Origin: a virus
DNA length: 39,681 bases
Reading direction: 5' to 3' (one strand)
Virus record (IMG/VR): IMGVR_UViG_3300045988_096728
Location: 1-39,681 of that record
Below the pieces are notes generated by a model that was not told where the DNA came from, searched no databases, and saw nothing but the letters and a program-made list of their open reading frames with translations. The position numbers and the translations under genes were made by a program. Every line of letters begins with the position of its first letter. Within the stretch, counting starts at the first letter, position 1. Shown here piece after piece: positions 7,467 through 12,562 of this stretch.

Positions 7467-7483
7467 ATTTTTTTCATTTTTAG

Positions 7484-7512
7484 TTGATTCAAATTCCCTT
7501 TAGGTGTATAAT
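7484..7512 (+). promoter_or_regulatory. lysogeny-strand promoter (TTGATT-17-TATAAT)
   Basis: ttgattcaaattccctttaggtgtataat lies 24 nt upstream of the CI-like ATG. Confidence 0.6.
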
Positions 7513-7535
7513 GAGCATTGCAAGGAGGTGTTGAT

Positions 7536-7928
7536 ATGCCATACGAGGAATTTAATAAATTATTTGCTAAAAATCTACGATATTACTTAAATAAAAATAA
7601 TATGACACAGGCTGAACTTGCAAAACGCTTAAATGTTGGAACTACATCTGTATACAACTGGTGCAACGGTATTAAATCACCAAGAATGGATAAAGTAGAT
7701 GCCATGTGTGATATATTCAACTGTAAGAGATCTAACCTAATTGAAGATAAAGAACATGTTGAAGAAAATGAATACTATCTTGATCCGGAAACAGCTAAAA
7801 AGGCACAGGAGATCTTTGAAAACAAGCAACTCTCTCTTCTCTTCGATGCCGCAAGGGACGCAGAGCCAGAGGACTTGGAAACAGTTCACACAATGCTCAT
7901 GGCTCTCAAGAATAAAGAGAAACGATAA
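7536..7928 (+). CDS. CI-like XRE-family repressor (HTH only, no S24 peptidase domain)
   Basis: NNMTQAELAKRLNVGTTSVYNWCNG is an HTH; AGGAGG 7 nt upstream of ATG 7536. Confidence 0.85.
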   Translation: MPYEEFNKLFAKNLRYYLNKNNMTQAELAKRLNVGTTSVYNWCNGIKSPRMDKVDAMCDIFNCKRSNLIEDKEHVEENEYYLDPETAKKAQEIFENKQLSLLFDAARDAEPEDLETVHTMLMALKNKEKR

Positions 7929-7995
7929 TGTACAAAAAACATCCCACGGTATTTGTTATTGTATCTACGACTATGTTACAAGGGGGATGAGTTAA

Positions 7996-8232
7996 TTGTA
8001 TGATATAAATGTACAGATGATGGATCTGAAGACTACAAAAGTTAAAGAAACTGTTACCTGCAATGAAGATGGTTCATATACTATCTTTCTTAATACACGA
8101 TTCACACAGGAGCAGCTTAACGATGCTTATATCCATGCACTCAACCATATCATCAGAGCAGACTTTGATAAACACACTAGCTCTGTAGATACCATTGAGG
8201 CTTATGCGCATGGGTTAAATAAAATTCTATAA
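7996..8232 (+). CDS. short ImmA/IrrE-like protein with a degenerate metal-binding motif
   Basis: ..YTIFLNTRFTQEQLNDAYIHALNHIIRADFD.. resembles short ImmA/IrrE proteins but reads HALNH where HExxH is expected; TTG start with AGGGGGA 8 nt upstream; directly follows the repressor. Confidence 0.5.
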   Translation: MYDINVQMMDLKTTKVKETVTCNEDGSYTIFLNTRFTQEQLNDAYIHALNHIIRADFDKHTSSVDTIEAYAHGLNKIL

Positions 8233-8252
8233 GAAAAAGGGGGGATAATTTT

Positions 8253-8699
8253 ATGAACATTACGGAATATATAAAAACACGAGTTGACGATCAGATTGCA
8301 TGGTATGATAAGAAATCTGTAACATGCCAGCGTTGGTATAAGGTCTTTCAGGCAATAGAAATTTTCATAGCCGCCAGCATTCCTGTACTCTCTGGTTATG
8401 CCAGCAAGTATGGTGTAATACCTTTGATTATAGGTATTGAGGGAGCTATTATAACTATAGTTGAATCTATCACCAGATTGTACAAGTTCCATGAAAACTG
8501 GATAGAATACAGAACTACATGCGAACTTCTGAGATATCAAAAGCATTTGTATCTTACAAGCTCTGCACCGTATAATGCAGAACCTGAAAGCATTGAGAAT
8601 ATTTTTGTAAGGAATATTGAGAATATTATATCTTCTGAAAATAATAAATGGAAAGCTGTCAATATGCAGGAAATAACAGAGAAAAAAACTGTTAATTGA
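8253..8699 (+). CDS. DUF4231/SLATT-like two-TM effector protein
   Basis: IAWYDKK.., two TM helices ([19 protein letters not shown]; [19 protein letters not shown]), then [20 protein letters not shown]; G-rich SD 8 nt upstream of ATG. Confidence 0.7.
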   Translation: MNITEYIKTRVDDQIAWYDKKSVTCQRWYKVFQAIEIFIAASIPVLSGYASKYGVIPLIIGIEGAIITIVESITRLYKFHENWIEYRTTCELLRYQKHLYLTSSAPYNAEPESIENIFVRNIENIISSENNKWKAVNMQEITEKKTVN

Positions 8700-8889
8700 T
8701 CCTTTGATATGTTTTTTCAAATATATCTGGTTTGCAGGGATATTGCTCTCCGTTTACTCCTGTGATGATCCAATCACCGGGAGATGCGGTCATCTTTCCC
8801 TCTAATGTATCAATAATTATTTTTACATCTGTTTGATAAGCCTCTACAATTACAGGTTTCTTTTGAAATTTTTGTTTACAGGAACTCAT
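8692..8889 (-). CDS. conserved phage protein of unknown function
   Basis: ..[41 protein letters not shown] is a motif I recognise from widespread uncharacterised phage/bacterial proteins; GGAGGTG 5 nt upstream of ATG. Confidence 0.6.
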   Translation of the reverse strand: MSSCKQKFQKKPVIVEAYQTDVKIIIDTLEGKMTASPGDWIITGVNGEQYPCKPDIFEKTYQRIN

Positions 8890-8924
8890 AAATACACCTC
8901 CAAAAAGAAAGGGGATTCAAAAAT

Positions 8925-9341
8925 ATGACTACATATAATATTTTTATAAGCCACGCTTGGAAATATACCGAACATTACAATAAAATTGTTCAGTGGCTCG
9001 ATGAGGCACAGGACGAGGGTAAATTCAAATGGAAAAACTACTCTGTTCCGGAACATGATCCGCTTATTGATCCAAACAGTTCGGCTGGTAAAAACAAACT
9101 AAAATCAGAACTTAACGAGCAGATCCGACCAGCCTCAAAAGTTATTATCCTTGCCGGTATGTATGCTGCCTACAGTGATTGGATTGACTATGAACTTACA
9201 ACTGCTGTAAACATGGATAAGTACATAATTGGCGTAAAACCGTGGGGACAGGAACGTGTCCCTGCTATTATAACTAATAATTCCGACACTATTGTAGGTT
9301 GGAATAAAGATTCCGTTATTAATGCAATTTTAAATTCTTAG
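8925..9341 (+). CDS. TIR-like protein, ThsB/DUF1863 type
   Basis: YNIFISHAWKY..Y, VIILAGMYAAYSDWIDYELTTA (Glu90 at the catalytic-Glu position), IIGVKPWG, IVGWN. Confidence 0.8.
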   Translation: MTTYNIFISHAWKYTEHYNKIVQWLDEAQDEGKFKWKNYSVPEHDPLIDPNSSAGKNKLKSELNEQIRPASKVIILAGMYAAYSDWIDYELTTAVNMDKYIIGVKPWGQERVPAIITNNSDTIVGWNKDSVINAILNS

Positions 9342-9378
9342 GATTTATTATAACAGATGTAAATAATTATAACAACCT

Positions 9379-9408
9379 GTGTTCCTCGGCATACCAGCCG
9401 AGGAATAC
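9379..9408 (+). terminator. 12-bp stem hairpin downstream of the TIR-like gene (no clear U-tract)
   Basis: gtgttcctcggc-atacca-gccgaggaatac. Confidence 0.3.
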
Positions 9409-9494
9409 ACTTAAAAATTGAATAGTGTATTTAACCGGGCAACCGAGGGGTGTTACACCATATCCGTTCGAGTCTTGGAAGGGAGTGGTGCCTT

Positions 9495-9572
9495 ATGAGT
9501 ACATATGAGGAATTTATGGTTATATTAACCACTGCAATACTTATTGTAACGATTCTGAATAATAGAAAATAA
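9495..9572 (+). CDS. holin-like toxin (Hol-Tox-type) 25-aa hydrophobic peptide; type I toxin candidate
   Basis: Not in the ORF track. MSTYEEFMVILTTAILIVTILNNRK; GGGAG 9 nt upstream; matches the M-S/T-x-Y-E..hydrophobic..K pattern of 'putative holin-like toxin' peptides. Confidence 0.6.
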   Translation: MSTYEEFMVILTTAILIVTILNNRK

Positions 9573-9666
9573 GAAAAACACCTCGGCCTGACAAGCATAC
9601 GGGGTGTTTTCCTTTAGTCATGTTTGCCGGACGGATAGGAAGTATCTATCGCTCGGCTGTCTTGTT
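9565..9666 (-). ncRNA. putative antisense antitoxin sRNA (3'-overlapping)
   Basis: Would start about 7 nt downstream of the consensus promoter at 9673..9700 and end at the bidirectional terminator; overlaps the toxin stop codon and 3' UTR; ends are estimates. Confidence 0.4.
9574..9610. terminator. bidirectional hairpin terminator at the toxin 3' end
   Basis: aaaaacacc..(19-nt loop)..gggtgtttt, with T-rich runs after it on both strands. Confidence 0.5.
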
Positions 9667-9672
9667 AAGTAC

Positions 9673-9700
9673 ATTATACAACATTTTATGTATTTGTCAA
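9673..9700 (-). promoter_or_regulatory. consensus sigma-A promoter pointing antisense to the toxin ORF
   Basis: Minus-strand reading: TTGACA aatacataaaatgttg TATAAT (16-nt spacer). Confidence 0.65.
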
Positions 9701-9856
9701 AACAAAAAAGTCCAGAGCGTTGTCACTTCCCTCATACCGGGAGGACGTTGCTAAGGACTTGTTATAAAATCCCCCAGGTGTTACCAGCACCCGGAGGATA
9801 GTTACCCACAAACCGAAGGCTTATGACTAACGTTTCAACAAACTACATTATATCAC

Positions 9857-9887
9857 AAGCCTTCCATTTTTGATAGGCTTATTTTTT
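9857..9887 (+). terminator. hairpin plus T-run just upstream of the int RBS
   Basis: aagcct-(12 nt)-aggctt atttttt. Confidence 0.35.
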
Positions 9888-9916
9888 ATGCCTATTTTTA
9901 AGAAAGGATGATTGAT

Positions 9917-10975
9917 ATGAGAAATGCAAACGGATTCGGATCTGTGTATAAGCTGTCTGGAAAGCGCAGGAAGCCATGGATTGCTCGTAAAACGAAAGGA
10001 TGGGCTATTGACGAAGAATCAGGAAAGGCTAAGCAGTTATATGCTACCATCGGCTATTACAGTACCCGGGCAGAAGCTCTTACTGCTCTGACCAATTATA
10101 ATCAGAATCCCTATGATATTGATACCGTAAATATTACATTCTCTGAACTCTATGATAAATGGTCAGATATACATTTTCAGGAAATAGTACCATCTGCCGC
10201 AAGAACATGGGCATCTGCTTACAATCACTCAAAGCCACTCTGGGACATGCGAATGAGAGATATTCGTCCTAATCACATGGAGGGAACGATCCGGAATGCA
10301 GATGTTGGTCAGAGTACGAAGCAAAGAATGAAATCTCTCTACAACATGCTCTATAAATATGCTATGAAGCTGGAGATTGTTGATAAGAACTATGCCCAGA
10401 TGTGTGATTCCATCAAGCGTGGAAAGTCTCAGATCATTCGTGTTCCATTTACGCCGGAGGAAATAGATTTACTCTGGAAGAACATAAACTATGGTGTTGT
10501 TGATATGATTCTAATTGGTATATACAGCGGATGGCGACCACAAGAATTGTCTATCTTGAAAATAGCTGATATTGATCTGGAAAATAATACCATGTTCGGC
10601 GGTCTTAAGACTGATGCAGGGCGCAACAGGTGCGTTCCTATTCATCCAAAAATAAGAGATTTGATCATAAAACGAGTAGACCAGGCTAAAGAATTGGAAT
10701 CCGATTATTTATTCAATGATCCGGATAGTCAGTCTGGTATGCGCATGACATACGACAAATACAGAAGCCGTTGGAATAAGGTCATGGGAAAATTAAAACT
10801 CTCCCACCGTCCTCACGATACAAGACATACATTTATTACATTGGCAAAAGATGCTGGCATGGATGAATACATCATAAAGCTGATAGTTGGTCATTCTATC
10901 GAGGATGTGACTGAGAAAGTGTACACCCACAGGACCATGAAGCAACTTCACACTGAAATTGAAAAGATAGAATAA
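9917..10975 (+). CDS. int: tyrosine integrase with N-terminal AP2-like arm-binding domain
   Basis: GFGSVYKLSGKRRKPWIARKT (arm-binding domain); catalytic R (GWRPQEL), HDTRHTF, GHS..VYTHRT; ATG 9917 has AAAGGA 8 nt upstream (ORF open from 9908). Confidence 0.95.
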   Translation: MRNANGFGSVYKLSGKRRKPWIARKTKGWAIDEESGKAKQLYATIGYYSTRAEALTALTNYNQNPYDIDTVNITFSELYDKWSDIHFQEIVPSAARTWASAYNHSKPLWDMRMRDIRPNHMEGTIRNADVGQSTKQRMKSLYNMLYKYAMKLEIVDKNYAQMCDSIKRGKSQIIRVPFTPEEIDLLWKNINYGVVDMILIGIYSGWRPQELSILKIADIDLENNTMFGGLKTDAGRNRCVPIHPKIRDLIIKRVDQAKELESDYLFNDPDSQSGMRMTYDKYRSRWNKVMGKLKLSHRPHDTRHTFITLAKDAGMDEYIIKLIVGHSIEDVTEKVYTHRTMKQLHTEIEKIE

Positions 10976-10981
10976 AAAATA

Positions 10982-11018
10982 TGGGGCAACAATCATTATA
11001 ATTGCTGCCCCATTTTTT
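10982..11018. terminator. bidirectional rho-independent terminator after int
   Basis: tggggcaacaat-cattata-attgctgcccca followed by tttttt; A-run on the other side. Confidence 0.7.
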
Positions 11019-11062
11019 GTTAGTTACGAGTGTTAGTTACCTGTTAGTTGTTTGTTAGTTAC
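11018..11062 (+). repeat. phased direct repeats TGTTAGTTAC (3 perfect + 1 partial); candidate integrase arm-type sites of attP
   Basis: Copies start at 11018, 11031, 11042 (partial) and 11053; spacing 13/11/11 bp. Confidence 0.7.
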
Positions 11063-11192
11063 AATCACTTTTTCAGGTATTTTCACGTTTCTTTATTTGG
11101 CTTATTTCCTAGCTTTTTTAGAACTTACCAGCCTTTGCAGCTTCCTCAACAGAAACAAGAAATGGCTTAAAACCTTACTATTTTAATGGTTT

Positions 11193-11211
11193 TGTGTCTT
11201 GTATGTGTCTT
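11193..11211 (+). repeat. direct repeat TGTGTCTT x2, 11 bp apart (within putative attP)
   Basis: 11193..11200 and 11204..11211. Confidence 0.5.
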
Positions 11212-11277
11212 ACCTCGTTTCTCTAAGGTATCCTGTTCTTTCCTTATTTATATAAGCACTTATATATTATCACAATA

Positions 11278-12126
11278 CTAAGCTGCTGGCAATGTCAGAA
11301 CCTGTCCTACATGAATCGTGGTGCCGGTGATCTTCGACAGGCTCATGATCTCAACATATCGGCTGCCGTTCTTCAGGTTCTTCTCTGCAATTCCCCAGAG
11401 CGTGTCGCCTTTCTTTACGGTGTATGTCTTTGTCTTCTTAGCTGCTTCGTTTGCTTTCGCATTTGTGCCCGGGATACTAAGTACCAAGCCTGGATGAATC
11501 GTTGCACTTGTAAGTGAGTTTAAACTCATGATCTCTCTATATCGTGATCCTGATCTGAGGTACTTCTCTGCAATACCCCAGAGTGTGTCGCCTTTCTTTA
11601 CCTCTACAGTCTTGTATCCGGTATCATTATCTTTTATATCTGCTTTAACATTGTCGGCATATGACGGCACGCCATATCCGATGATGTACGGATCATTTAA
11701 TAAGTATTTGCGTTCGTGAACGGCATCTGAAGTATTTCCCTCTACTGTATATACATATGTAGATGTTACTTTCGTCACAATTCCAACGTGCGACGGATCT
11801 GTCAGCTTATGTCCCTTTGAGAAGAAAATCAAAATGCCCGGAACTGGTGTGTATGTGCCACCATAAGCCTTTGCATTCTTCAATTTTCCCTGCTTGATAA
11901 ACCATTTCATTCCGGCAGTACATGATGCAAATCTTGTAACCACATCCTTTGCCACACCACACATATACATTACCCAAGTTACGAAAATGGCACACCATGC
12001 CACATCCATACCGAATTTTGTCCCAGTCAGCTCATTGTATACTTTAATGTATTTGTCGTCACCATCCGGCTCACAGATCCCGATCTGACTCTTTGCTGTG
12101 CTTATAATTTTGTCAATAATACTCAT
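11278..12126 (-). CDS. endolysin: N-terminal CHAP/NlpC-P60-type amidase-peptidase + two LysM domains
   Basis: AWCAIFVTW (Cys), PSHVGIV (His), EGN; two copies of Y.V.KGDTLWGIAEK....GSRY.EIMSLN..T...IH.G.VL..P. Confidence 0.9.
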   Translation of the reverse strand: MSIIDKIISTAKSQIGICEPDGDDKYIKVYNELTGTKFGMDVAWCAIFVTWVMYMCGVAKDVVTRFASCTAGMKWFIKQGKLKNAKAYGGTYTPVPGILIFFSKGHKLTDPSHVGIVTKVTSTYVYTVEGNTSDAVHERKYLLNDPYIIGYGVPSYADNVKADIKDNDTGYKTVEVKKGDTLWGIAEKYLRSGSRYREIMSLNSLTSATIHPGLVLSIPGTNAKANEAAKKTKTYTVKKGDTLWGIAEKNLKNGSRYVEIMSLSKITGTTIHVGQVLTLPAA

Positions 12127-12129
12127 ATT

Positions 12130-12549
12130 CTATTTCTCGCTTTCTGATTTTTTCTGCAATATATCAATAGCCTTAGTAATAACCGCCGGGAGTGGTACAC
12201 CCATAAGACCAGCGTTCTCGATAAGTGATATCAGTTCGTTCGCAATGAATGCTATGATCACCGCATCCCTGATATAGTTTGTTCCGATAATCAAATCAAG
12301 CCTGTACGACACAAGAACAAATACAAGCGTCATGCATTTACGGCATAACCCTTTCCAGCACGTCTTGCTTTCAAGACTGCCGGTGTCAGTTTTTTTACTC
12401 TTATGAAAAACCCCTGCGACTACAAGGCCTGATACATAATCAAGTCCCATAAATATTAAAAGGGATACCAACCCGGTATCCCATCCTCCAAACAATGCTG
12501 CTATTCCGGAGCCAACCGCTCCGATCACTGTACATATAACCTGTTTCAT
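12130..12549 (-). CDS. holin (Phage_holin_4_1 / toxin-secretion holin family)
   Basis: 3-4 TM segments; ..DYVSGLVVAGVF.. and ..FIANELISLIENAGLMGVPLP.. are typical of that family; sits immediately upstream of the lysin. Confidence 0.85.
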   Translation of the reverse strand: MKQVICTVIGAVGSGIAALFGGWDTGLVSLLIFMGLDYVSGLVVAGVFHKSKKTDTGSLESKTCWKGLCRKCMTLVFVLVSYRLDLIIGTNYIRDAVIIAFIANELISLIENAGLMGVPLPAVITKAIDILQKKSESEK

Positions 12550-12562
12550 ATTGTCCTCCTTA

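Noticed and set aside
7741-7995. 84-aa ORF overlapping the 3' half of the CI-like gene
   Set aside because: It is out of frame within a confident HTH repressor gene and has no SD.
9604-9801. 65-aa plus-strand ORF between the toxin peptide and int
   Set aside because: It has no SD, its first codon is non-ATG and its composition is odd. The region is better explained by the antisense promoter/sRNA and structured non-coding DNA.
9342-9907. tRNA gene or tRNA fragment marking an integration site
   Set aside because: I could not find a cloverleaf-compatible arrangement (acceptor stem plus a GTTCRANNC-type T-loop) by eye. A tRNAscan run would be needed to exclude one fully.
11249-11266. 18-bp AT-rich palindrome TATATAAG-CA-CTTATATA as the attP core
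   Set aside because: The 2-bp spacer is unlike tyrosine-recombinase core sites, and AT-rich palindromes arise easily by chance. This cannot be supported without the host attB.
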